Positions 18,793 to 27,584 of a stretch of 64,000 bases of DNA are shown here, piece after piece. The stretch lies in assembly GCA_900314585.1 (NCBI GenBank), contig OMVV01000002.1, forward strand, positions 80,961-144,960. The letters run 5' to 3'. Within the stretch, counting starts at the first letter, position 1, and every line of letters starts with the position of its first letter. This DNA is from an uncultured Erysipelotrichaceae bacterium. GTDB taxonomy: Bacteria > Bacillota_I > Bacilli_A > RFN20 > CAG-826. The notes under the pieces were generated by a model. That model had not been told where the DNA came from and made no database searches. It saw only the letters and a program-made list of their open reading frames with translations. A program made the translations under genes and the position numbers.

Positions 18793-19937
18793 TCTTTTCT
18801 CCACACCATTTTGTTAACAATACCGGTGTATGATTGGATTAATTTGATGACTTTATCAGATACATTTGTGTCCGCATAGACATCGACTGGTTTACAACCT
18901 TCTTTGTTTAGTAAGGCAACTTCAACAGCTTGAAGAAGTGATTTTTCATCAATTCCCGCTAAGACAAAGCAAGCAGCATCTAAAGCCTCTGGTCTTTCGG
19001 TTGAAGTGCGGATTGAAACGGCCGCAATCGGTTTCTTAATGCTCGCGTAGAAGCTTGATTCTTCTGGTAAAGTTCCAGAATCTGAAACAACCACGAAGGC
19101 ATTCATTTGTAAGTTGTTGTAATCGATGAAGCCTAAAGGTTCATGCATAATTACTCTCTTATCAAGTTTAAAACCAGTTTGTTCAAGTTTCTTTTTACTA
19201 CGTGGATGGCAGCTATAAACAACTGGCATATCATATTTTTCTGCTAATTTATTGATCGCATTAAATAACGAATAGAAGTTTTTATCGGTGTCGATATTTT
19301 CTTCACGATGTGCGCTTAACAAAATGTATTTACCCTTTTGAAGTTTCAGTTTTCCTAAAATATCGCTGCTTTCGATTTGTTTAAGGTGTTTAGTGAGGAC
19401 TTCAGCCATTGGTGAGCCTGTGACATAGGTTCTTTCTTTTGGAAGGCCACAATCAGCTAAATATCTTCTCGCGTGTTCGCTATAGGCTAAATTAACATCA
19501 GAGATGATATCGACGATGCGACGATTTGTTTCTTCTGGAAGACATTCGTCTTTACATCTATTTCCGGCTTCCATATGGAACACTGGAATGTGGAGGCGTT
19601 TTGCCCCAATAACTGATAAGCAGCTATTGGTGTCACCAAGTACTAAGACAGCATCTGGTTTTTCTTTAACTAAGACATCATATGATTTAGCGATAATATT
19701 GCCCATTGTCTCGCCTAAGTCTTTACCAACTGCGTCTAAATAAATATCTGGTTCAGCGATTCCTAAATCTTTAAAAAAGATTCCATTTAAGTTGTAATCG
19801 TAGTTTTGACCAGTGTGGACTAATAAAGTATCAAAATAGACTCTCGCTTTATTAATCACTTCTGCTAAACGGATGATTTCTGGGCGAGTGCCAACGATAA
19901 TCATTAATTTTAATTTGTCATTGTTTTTAAAAGGCAT
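18789..19937 (-). CDS. fnlC: UDP-HexNAc 2-epimerase, CapG/FnlC/WbjD type
   Basis: GTRPEIIR, HTGQNYD, GDTNS, HMEAGNR, PEETNR, DSGTLPEE, RTSTERPEA. Confidence 0.93.
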   Translation of the reverse strand: MPFKNNDKLKLMIIVGTRPEIIRLAEVINKARVYFDTLLVHTGQNYDYNLNGIFFKDLGIAEPDIYLDAVGKDLGETMGNIIAKSYDVLVKEKPDAVLVLGDTNSCLSVIGAKRLHIPVFHMEAGNRCKDECLPEETNRRIVDIISDVNLAYSEHARRYLADCGLPKERTYVTGSPMAEVLTKHLKQIESSDILGKLKLQKGKYILLSAHREENIDTDKNFYSLFNAINKLAEKYDMPVVYSCHPRSKKKLEQTGFKLDKRVIMHEPLGFIDYNNLQMNAFVVVSDSGTLPEESSFYASIKKPIAAVSIRTSTERPEALDAACFVLAGIDEKSLLQAVEVALLNKEGCKPVDVYADTNVSDKVIKLIQSYTGIVNKMVWRKE

Positions 19938-19949
19938 TGTAGTTTCCTC

Positions 19950-21143
19950 CTAATCATGTTGACGAACTGGTCCACCAAATAGTTCCAGCTTCTTTAATAA
20001 TTTTTTCATACCTTCGACATCGAGTCTACCGGTGTTATGTGATGTATAGGAATCACCAAGGTTAAGTTTCTTATTACCTTTAGAGAAGTATTTATCATAG
20101 TTAAGATCACGGTTATCCGCGACAATTCTATAGAAGTTACCGCAATCAACCGACTTAATCATTTCTTCTTGAGTGACTAATGTTTCATATAGTTTTTCAC
20201 CATGACGAGTACCGATATATGTGATACCAGTCTTGCTACCAGTTAATTCGATAATTGCTTTTGCGAGTGTTTCGATAGTAGCGGCAGGGGCCTTTTGGAC
20301 GAATAAGTCACCTTGTTCACCATGTTCAAAGGCGTAAAGGACTAAATCAACCGCATCATCAAGAGTCATCATGAATCTAGTCATATCTGGATTGGTGATG
20401 GTGATTGGCCTACCTTCATGGATTTGATTTAAGAATAAAGGAATAACGCTTCCGCGCGAGGCCATGACGTTACCATAACGAGTTAAACATAAGACAGTGT
20501 CACCTGGAAGAAGTTGTCTACTTCTGGCGATAACATTCTTTTCCATCAAAGCTTTGGAAATACCCATCGCGTTGATTGGATAAGCAGCCTTATCAGTTGA
20601 TAAGAAGATGGCTTTCTTAACGTGGTTACGAACACAGGCGGTGATAACATTATCAGAACCAATGACATTCGTACGAACCGCTTCCATTGGATAGAATTCA
20701 CAAGACGGAACTTGTTTTAAAGCAGCAGCAGAGAAGACATAGTCAACCCCTTTAAAGGCATCGATGATTGAATCAAGATTACGAACATCACCAATAAAGA
20801 ATTTGAGTTTGTCATTCGCGTATAACTTGCGCATATCATCTTGTTTCTTTTCATCACGGGAAAGAATACGAATCTCTTTGATATCTGTGTTTAAGAAACG
20901 ATCGACGACCGCGTGACCAAAGGAACCAGTTCCACCAGTAATAAGAAGAACCTTTCCTTTTAATATAGTTGTATCTTTAGAAGCAAATTCTTGAAGCTTC
21001 TCTTTCACTCTTTCAAGTTTAAGTTGATCGGCACTGACTTCGTCAGATTCATAAGAAACATAAGTTCTAAGTGACATGCCAACGATATCAGCAGCCTCCT
21101 TTTGAGTTAACTTGTAATTTTTGCGTAATTCTTTTAATGTCAT
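19950..21143 (-). CDS. fnlA: UDP-GlcNAc 4,6-dehydratase/epimerase CapE/FnlA with N-terminal XRE HTH fusion
   Basis: N-terminal MTLKELRKNYKLTQKEAADIVGMSLRTYVSYE, then ITGGTGSFG, SRDEKKQDDMR, AAALKQVPSCEF, STDKAAYPINAMGISKA, RYGNVMASRGSVIP. Confidence 0.95.
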   Translation of the reverse strand: MTLKELRKNYKLTQKEAADIVGMSLRTYVSYESDEVSADQLKLERVKEKLQEFASKDTTILKGKVLLITGGTGSFGHAVVDRFLNTDIKEIRILSRDEKKQDDMRKLYANDKLKFFIGDVRNLDSIIDAFKGVDYVFSAAALKQVPSCEFYPMEAVRTNVIGSDNVITACVRNHVKKAIFLSTDKAAYPINAMGISKALMEKNVIARSRQLLPGDTVLCLTRYGNVMASRGSVIPLFLNQIHEGRPITITNPDMTRFMMTLDDAVDLVLYAFEHGEQGDLFVQKAPAATIETLAKAIIELTGSKTGITYIGTRHGEKLYETLVTQEEMIKSVDCGNFYRIVADNRDLNYDKYFSKGNKKLNLGDSYTSHNTGRLDVEGMKKLLKKLELFGGPVRQHD

Positions 21144-21277
21144 AATTGCACCTCAGTTGCCTATATTATATATATTCAATTTTCTAAATCAAAGAAAAAG
21201 TGCAATAACTGCATATTTCTCAAATATCAGATATCAGCAATTTCTCTTTTTAACAAATGTGTTGTATAGTATCTACA

Positions 21278-21937
21278 ATGGCTAAAAAAGAACATGATGT
21301 TTCTAAAGAAAGAGTCGACGAAATAAAATCTAAGAAGTCGGTTGTCGCTTTTTGCGCGTATTGCGATAAACCAATCTATGTTGATGAAGAATATAAAGAA
21401 GTTTCATATTTTGATGATGCTTCTAAGAAACGTTATAACAAGAAGAAACTCAATGTTGGATACGCTCATGTTCATTGCATCGAAGAAAAAGAAGCGGCAG
21501 TGGAAGAAATCAAATCTTCATATCGCCGTAAGCAACAACTTGCTTTAGCAATCTCAATCGTCAGTGGTTTCATTTCATTAGTCGCACTGCTTTTAATTTT
21601 GATCTTTTTAGCTAAGTTACATATCGCATTAAAAATCGTTCTTCCTTTAGGAATTGGTTATGTTATCACTAGTTCGCTTTACTTATTCCTAAGTGAAAAT
21701 CGCATCAGTGAAATATATAAAAAAGTCGTTAGTTATTTAGGCTTTGTGCCTATCAAGATATACGCTTCATCTTTAGATAGCCTTGCCTGGTATATCGTTT
21801 TGAAGATCTTGATGCTAATCATTCTTGTGCCACTTGCATATATTTCAATCATCTTGCTAAGTGCGATTTTTATCACAATATCACCATTTTTATTTCCGTT
21901 TATCATCACTCATCGCCACAAAGATTCTGAGCTTTAA
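21278..21937 (+). CDS. Membrane protein with N-terminal CxxC...HxxC putative Zn finger
   Basis: CAYC...HVHC, then about 4 TMs; -10 TATAGT 7 nt before ATG 21278. Confidence 0.7.
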   Translation: MAKKEHDVSKERVDEIKSKKSVVAFCAYCDKPIYVDEEYKEVSYFDDASKKRYNKKKLNVGYAHVHCIEEKEAAVEEIKSSYRRKQQLALAISIVSGFISLVALLLILIFLAKLHIALKIVLPLGIGYVITSSLYLFLSENRISEIYKKVVSYLGFVPIKIYASSLDSLAWYIVLKILMLIILVPLAYISIILLSAIFITISPFLFPFIITHRHKDSEL

Positions 21938-22004
21938 AAAAGTAAAAGATATCTTTAATAGAATATAAATTTAATTTATAATAATGCCTAAAGAGGTGTT
22001 TTTT

Positions 22005-23102
22005 ATGAAAAGACTAAAAATGCTAAGCTTGGTTCCAGCATTATGCTTATGCTCTTGTTCACAATCAACTCCATATGGCTTATATGAATTCCGCCTCGGT
22101 AAAACCGACGGTGCCCATTTTGGAGTGTCTGTAGAACTGCTTGAAGAAGCTAATCCTGACCACGAAGGCGCGAAGAAGATGTATTTAGCAGCAGACTTCG
22201 GAAGCGACTTCAATATTGAAACAGTTATTGATGAATATTCATCTGATATCCCATTTCTTGCGGATATCGTTAAAGAAATTGCCAAAGCAATCCTCCCGGA
22301 AGATGGTCGTTTTGAAGGTTATTACACTTTAACAAATATCAACACCAGTTATGGCACTAGAGTTAAAATCGGCTCTGACTTTATCATTAAAACCCTCGCT
22401 GAAAAATACCCTGCGTTAGCAGACATAGAAGAATTATACGATATTTCCACCCCAGAAATTATTGAGATGGTGCTTTGCACATATCTAAACACCAAACAAA
22501 TCACCTTCCAAATTCCAGTATCACTAGCAGATGTTCAACAACAACTCGCTTGGTATGGTTATTTTATTGATTTTTCAAGTGACCGTCTTATCGTGGACTT
22601 GGATTTAGCTAAACTTCCAGGTGCGCAAGGTGAAGAACGTATTGGAACGCATCCTGAAATTATTAAAGATAACAAAGGAAACGTCCTTGTTAACCAAATC
22701 GATCAAGTTAATCAAACATTCCAATTTGAATTTTCGCACACATTCTTATATCAACCTGATGAACTCGGTTTTCCAGAAGCGGTTGGTAGTTTTGTAACCA
22801 AGTTAAATGAAAAGAATGAAACTGTTCTTTATTATTCTCCATTTGAAGAAGGTGGCACCAATATGGATATTGAAGGTAAGGTTTATGTCACCTCATTCCT
22901 TGATGAAAGAGTCACGAAGGATATCAAGTTTAGTTATTCAACTAACTCAAAAGAAGTAATTGTTACTCCTAACGGCAAACAAGGTAAAGATGAAGGTTTC
23001 ATCGATAGTAGTGGAAATGAATTCACCTATTCCACATTTATGGAAAAGCCATTCACATTTAGAGATTTCCATGATGTCCGTCTTGGTTTAGCGAAGGTAT
23101 AG
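22005..23102 (+). CDS. Hypothetical lipoprotein
   Basis: MKRLKMLSLVPALCLCSC lipoprotein signal; SD GAGGTG; first gene of the ABC operon. Confidence 0.75.
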   Translation: MKRLKMLSLVPALCLCSCSQSTPYGLYEFRLGKTDGAHFGVSVELLEEANPDHEGAKKMYLAADFGSDFNIETVIDEYSSDIPFLADIVKEIAKAILPEDGRFEGYYTLTNINTSYGTRVKIGSDFIIKTLAEKYPALADIEELYDISTPEIIEMVLCTYLNTKQITFQIPVSLADVQQQLAWYGYFIDFSSDRLIVDLDLAKLPGAQGEERIGTHPEIIKDNKGNVLVNQIDQVNQTFQFEFSHTFLYQPDELGFPEAVGSFVTKLNEKNETVLYYSPFEEGGTNMDIEGKVYVTSFLDERVTKDIKFSYSTNSKEVIVTPNGKQGKDEGFIDSSGNEFTYSTFMEKPFTFRDFHDVRLGLAKV

Positions 23103-23103
23103 T

Positions 23104-24063
23104 ATGGGTAAAGATTTTTCTAAAGAAGAAGTCATTATTGATGTTGACCATTTGACGAAAGATTATGGCTTTCATCGTGGAGTTTTTGATGTATCCATCA
23201 AAGTCCATCGTGGTGAATGCTATGGCTATCTTGGCCCTAATGGCGCGGGTAAATCGACGACAATCCGTCACATCATGGGCTTTTCTAAACCTCAAAAAGG
23301 TTCAATCAAAGTGCTCGGTATCGATACCTTTGGTCACACCGATAAGATATTAGGAAGAGTTGGTTATCTTCCTGGTGAGCCATCAATTCCGGCTGGATTA
23401 ACAGGTTGGGGTTTCATCAAGATGATGCAAGATATGCGCGGCGAAGAAAACAAAGAACGTCTCGATTATCTGCTTAATCTTTTTAAGCTTGATCCATCTC
23501 CAAACGTCAAAGAGATGTCCCTTGGTGATAAACGTAAACTCGCCGTGGTCACCGCCTTTATGAATGACCCAGATGTTTTGATTTTAGATGAGCCAACTTC
23601 TGGACTTGATCCAGTGATGCAACTCGTCTTCATCAAATTCATTGTTGAAGAAAAGAAACGCGGTAAAACAATTCTTTTATCAAGTCACATCTTCTCAGAA
23701 GTAGAAGCGACTTGCGATAAGATTTCCATCATCAAAGATGGAGTGCACGTTTCCACCTTCGATGCTGATGAAGTTAAAAAGATCAATGTTAAGGTGTATG
23801 CTTTAACGTTTAAAGATAAAGAAAATATGGACAAATATCTAAGCAAATGTCCATTTGAAATCGTTAAAAAGAACGAGAACCGTTTGAGTGCCTATGTCAA
23901 ATTTAAAGATGATCAATATAAAGAATTCATCGATTCAGTCATCGGCATCAAACTTTCTTCATTCGCCGAAAAACCATTCACATTACAAGATTACTTCATG
24001 TCCTTCTATAAAGAAGAAAAGACATTTGGTGGTCTTGAAGGTGTCGTGGGTAACAGCAAATAG
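23104..24063 (+). CDS. ABC-2-type exporter ATP-binding protein
   Basis: GPNGAGKST, MSLGDK, LILDEPTSGLD, SSH. Confidence 0.93.
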   Translation: MGKDFSKEEVIIDVDHLTKDYGFHRGVFDVSIKVHRGECYGYLGPNGAGKSTTIRHIMGFSKPQKGSIKVLGIDTFGHTDKILGRVGYLPGEPSIPAGLTGWGFIKMMQDMRGEENKERLDYLLNLFKLDPSPNVKEMSLGDKRKLAVVTAFMNDPDVLILDEPTSGLDPVMQLVFIKFIVEEKKRGKTILLSSHIFSEVEATCDKISIIKDGVHVSTFDADEVKKINVKVYALTFKDKENMDKYLSKCPFEIVKKNENRLSAYVKFKDDQYKEFIDSVIGIKLSSFAEKPFTLQDYFMSFYKEEKTFGGLEGVVGNSK

Positions 24064-24074
24064 GAGGTACTTAG

Positions 24075-25037
24075 ATGAGCAAAGACATTTATGAACACGC
24101 TAAATCATTAAAAAATGTACCTCAAAAAGATATCGCAATCGAGGTCAAACATTTAACCAAAGATTATGGCAAAGGCCGCGGGGTTTTTGACATCAACTTT
24201 GTTGTGCCTAGAGGCACAACATTCGGTTATTGCGGCACAAACGGAGCAGGAAAAACAACCACTCTCCGTCACATGATGGGTTTTCTTAAACCTGATAGTG
24301 GTGAAGTCATTATCAATGGCATGAACGCTTGGAAAGACGCTGAAAAGATTAAAAAATTGATCGGCTATCTTCCTGGTGAAATTGCCTTCCCACCTTTAGA
24401 AAATGGTTCAGCCTTTTTAAAGGCTCAAGCCGAGATGCTTGGTATAACTGATATGTCAAAAGCGGAAAAAATCATCAACGCCTTACAGCTTGATCCAACC
24501 GCTAACTTAAAAAGAATGTCCAAAGGTATGAAACAAAAGACTGCGTTAGTCGCTGCCTTCATGCATTCACCAGAAATCATCTTGTTAGATGAACCAACCA
24601 CGGGTCTAGATCCTTTGATGAGAGATGCCTTCATCAACTTAATCAAGGAAGAAAAAGCTCGTGGAGCGACAATCGTCATGTCTAACCACATGTTCGATGA
24701 ACTTGAAGAAACATGTGATTATGTCGGTTTCATCAAAGATGGTCATCTTATCGATATCGTCGACTTAAATGAAATTCATAATCGTCCTTATCACGAATAT
24801 GTCATCGCCTTCCAAGATAAGAAAGGCTTCGATAAAGTTGACGCAAGCCAAGTTGAAGTTATCGAAACATATCCAGATTACTTCGCTTATCTTGTTCGCG
24901 TGCCAAACGAAAAGATTGATGGCATGTTCCGCGAACTTCATAAGTTCAACATCAAATTCATTAAAGAAGTGCAATACACTTTAGAAAAATATTTTATGGA
25001 AAAAGTCGTTGGAGGTCTTAGCAATGAAAGCAAATAA
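24075..25037 (+). CDS. Second ABC-2-type exporter ATP-binding protein (paralog)
   Basis: GTNGAGKTT, MSKGMK, LLDEPTTGLD, SNH. Confidence 0.93.
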   Translation: MSKDIYEHAKSLKNVPQKDIAIEVKHLTKDYGKGRGVFDINFVVPRGTTFGYCGTNGAGKTTTLRHMMGFLKPDSGEVIINGMNAWKDAEKIKKLIGYLPGEIAFPPLENGSAFLKAQAEMLGITDMSKAEKIINALQLDPTANLKRMSKGMKQKTALVAAFMHSPEIILLDEPTTGLDPLMRDAFINLIKEEKARGATIVMSNHMFDELEETCDYVGFIKDGHLIDIVDLNEIHNRPYHEYVIAFQDKKGFDKVDASQVEVIETYPDYFAYLVRVPNEKIDGMFRELHKFNIKFIKEVQYTLEKYFMEKVVGGLSNESK

Positions 25038-26019
25038 AGAAGTCACCACACCAAAGAAGAAAAAAGAATTCATTTCTAAACCACTTTTTAAACAATCTTT
25101 GAAATCAAATTTTGTTTTGTGGTTAGTCTTATCCTTAGGATCTGCGGCAATATTTGTCATCATCAATCTTGTCGTTGGCACCAAAGCGATATTCACAAAT
25201 ATCGATATGGGCACCGTCCAAACCTATGTTAAGGATGAGGGGCTATCTTGGTTACAAATCCTTGGCTTACTTGAAAATATGGGCTTCTCTTTATCTCGTA
25301 TTCAAACAATGTCACAAATCGACCTTAACTCTGTTATGAACGACCTCGTTTATAAGATCGCTGGCGTTCTTTTACCAATGATTTATGTCATGATCATTTG
25401 TAACAAACTTATCGCTGCTCAAGTTAGCGATGGTTCAATGGCGTATGTACTTTCCACTCCAACCAACCGTAAAACGGTTGTGAGAACCCAATATGTCTTT
25501 ATGATCGCTTCCTTAGTTGCAATGTATCTTGTTATTTCTCTTGGCGCCTACATCTCTGGCTCAATCGCCTATTTCATCACTAAACCAACCAACATTAATT
25601 TTGGAACCCTTACATTAAGAACATTCCTTTATTGCTTTGGTAGCTTTGCCGCAATGTTTGGCTTAACTGGTATTTGTTTTGGAGCATCTTGCTTCTTTAA
25701 CAAATCCACCTACTCAATTGCTGTTGGTGGTGGATCTTGTGTCTTAGCCTTCCTTTGCTGTATCTTAGGCTTATTTGGTAATAAAGTATTCGTCAGCGTT
25801 GGTGTTGGCGTTCAAGCGATGAACTTCTTCAATTACCTCACGATTTACACACTTATTGATACTGAATCGATGTCTAACTTTGCGAAATTTGTCACTGGCG
25901 CCTACGGCGGAACCCTCTCCTTTGCGTGGATGTGGGAAGCTGCTATCTTACTTGGTTTAGGCGCTGTTTTAGCCTTCGCTGGGGCTGTTAAATTTGTTAG
26001 AAAGGATCTCCCATTATAA
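25024..26019 (+). CDS. ABC-2 transporter permease
   Basis: Six or more TMs, DGSMAYVLSTP..R, C-terminal FVRKDLPL; SD GGAGG before ATG 25024. Confidence 0.88.
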   Translation: MKANKEVTTPKKKKEFISKPLFKQSLKSNFVLWLVLSLGSAAIFVIINLVVGTKAIFTNIDMGTVQTYVKDEGLSWLQILGLLENMGFSLSRIQTMSQIDLNSVMNDLVYKIAGVLLPMIYVMIICNKLIAAQVSDGSMAYVLSTPTNRKTVVRTQYVFMIASLVAMYLVISLGAYISGSIAYFITKPTNINFGTLTLRTFLYCFGSFAAMFGLTGICFGASCFFNKSTYSIAVGGGSCVLAFLCCILGLFGNKVFVSVGVGVQAMNFFNYLTIYTLIDTESMSNFAKFVTGAYGGTLSFAWMWEAAILLGLGAVLAFAGAVKFVRKDLPL

Positions 26020-27098
26020 TGGATAAAGTAGATTCGAAATTACATCGTCGTCAAGTCGCTTTGATGAAGAAGAGATTTGATGTCGACGAAGTTAATAAAG
26101 TAGTTAAGCTTGACTTATCATATGATGATGTTAATGAAGTTCTTCAATCTAACATCGACACATATGTGCCAACTTTCGATCGCGAAAAGTTTGGTAAAAT
26201 TAAGGAAGTCATCTCTGAATTTCCTCAAGAATATAAAGCAGATTTAAATATCAAAATAAAAGATTATGGTGAAGTTAAACCAACCGAAGTGATGGATGGT
26301 TTTAATGATGCAGTTGAGTTAACTCACTATTCAGGTAACAAGGAATACAAAAAGAAATGGGTTCAAATCACTTTCTTATTAATCGCTGGTATTTTGCTTC
26401 TTAACATTATGGCAAAAGGCCTCATTGAAAACTGGCTTGGTTTGTCCGAAACCGGAACCTCAGTTTTTAAAGAAGTATTCGATATCACTTCGTGGGTGTT
26501 TATTTGGGAAGCAGTTTCCTTGATGTTTCTTTCTCCGTCTGAAGACCGCACAATTTCCCTTACTTTAGCGCATCGACTTCGTCATGTTGCCTTCTTAGAT
26601 AAAGATAACAAAGTCCTCGTTCAAGAAGATTACCGCGATTCATATGCCGACACTGCGAAAGAAAGAAAACTTCGTTCAGTCGGTAAATATGCTCTTCTTA
26701 TTACTGGTGCAGCGTTCTTTGCTTTAGGTGTTTCAAACTTAATCACCTTCTTTAGCACCCTTCCAACCTACTTTGTAGTGGATGCAGAAGATGGAGCGAT
26801 TGCCATTATCTTCAATGTCGTCATGGCTCTTATTTCCTTATCAATCATTGTCTTTGAAGCTTTGGGTGGTTTTGCTGCCATCAGTGCATTTACTGGTAAA
26901 GGTAGAATGTACCGCACAGTTCTTCCGTTTGGTATCATCGCTGTCATTATCGAAGGACTTGCCTTAGCAGCCTATGCCTTCCTTGGTTTTTCACTTGTGA
27001 TGCCAATCATTGGTTTAATAGTGGCGATTTTATATGTCTTAGGTGCTATTTTCCTAATTGTCACTAAAGACAAAGAGAGTGAAAAAGTAAGCGAATAA
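26019..27098 (+). CDS. Hypothetical membrane protein
   Basis: Soluble N-domain, two TMs, then about 4 TMs; translationally coupled to the permease. Confidence 0.75.
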   Translation: MDKVDSKLHRRQVALMKKRFDVDEVNKVVKLDLSYDDVNEVLQSNIDTYVPTFDREKFGKIKEVISEFPQEYKADLNIKIKDYGEVKPTEVMDGFNDAVELTHYSGNKEYKKKWVQITFLLIAGILLLNIMAKGLIENWLGLSETGTSVFKEVFDITSWVFIWEAVSLMFLSPSEDRTISLTLAHRLRHVAFLDKDNKVLVQEDYRDSYADTAKERKLRSVGKYALLITGAAFFALGVSNLITFFSTLPTYFVVDAEDGAIAIIFNVVMALISLSIIVFEALGGFAAISAFTGKGRMYRTVLPFGIIAVIIEGLALAAYAFLGFSLVMPIIGLIVAILYVLGAIFLIVTKDKESEKVSE

Positions 27099-27151
27099 AA
27101 AATCTATACAACCTGTAAGGTTTTTTGATATACTTACTAACGCACTCTGTT

Positions 27152-27226
27152 GGACCCGTAGCTCAAAGGAAGAGCTATCGGCTCATAACCGATTGGTTGC
27201 AGTGTCAGGATCTGCCGGGTCCACCA
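27152..27226 (+). tRNA. tRNA with CAU anticodon, Ile2 type (lysidine), atypical T-loop
   Basis: GGACCCG/CGGGTCC acceptor, GCTC/GAGC D-stem, ATCGG-CTCATAA-CCGAT, CCA. Has C4:G69, C5:G68, C29:G41 typical of tRNA-Ile2. T-arm reads GCAGT-GTCAGGA-TCTGC. Confidence 0.8.
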
Positions 27227-27232
27227 AAATAC

Positions 27233-27324
27233 GGAGATTTACCCAAGTGGTTGAAGGGGTCGGTCTTGAAAACCGATAGGAGGCCCACGGTCTCGCTAGA
27301 GTTCGAATCTCTAAATCTCCGCCA
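27233..27324 (+). tRNA. tRNA-Ser(TGA)
   Basis: TCGGT-CTTGAAA-ACCGA arm, long variable arm, GTTCGAATC, CCA. Confidence 0.96.
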
Positions 27325-27486
27325 TTTACGAATATATCCTCTAGAAATAGGGGATTTTTATATTTTCTAAAGAAACCAATTGAATAAAATTATTCACTGA
27401 ATTATCATTTTATCAAGAAGCGAAAAAGGGATGAAAATCAATACCCAATCTTTGATTTGGAATCCCTAACTCTCTCTTGAAAACAG

Positions 27487-27515
27487 TTGATTGTTACACT
27501 ACGTAGTGTGATAAT
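27487..27515 (+). promoter_or_regulatory. Promoter with a perfect 14-bp palindrome in its spacer
   Basis: TTGATT (27487-27492), 17 bp, GATAAT (27510-27515) with TG just upstream; ACACTACGTAGTGT at 27496-27509. Confidence 0.7.
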
Positions 27516-27521
27516 ATAAAC

Positions 27522-27578
27522 GGATACAGGAATACTGGGATCCATCGAAGTGCGGGAATTGACTCCCGTTTTCTTTTT
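27522..27578 (+). ncRNA. Candidate ~57-nt structured small RNA upstream of the DUF3800 gene
   Basis: Begins 6 nt after the -10; hairpin GGAT-A-CAG-gaata-CTG-GG-ATCC; linker; terminator GCGGGA-attgac-TCCCGT plus TTTCTTTTT. Confidence 0.65.
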
Positions 27579-27584
27579 ATCACG

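Noticed and set aside
27152-27226. Calling the CAU tRNA tRNA-Met (initiator or elongator)
   Set aside because: No C1:A72 mismatch or GGG/CCC anticodon-stem run of initiators; the GGACC acceptor and C4:G69, C5:G68, C29:G41 fit tRNA-Ile2.
27125-27370. 81-aa ORF in the track
   Set aside because: It overlaps two tRNA genes.
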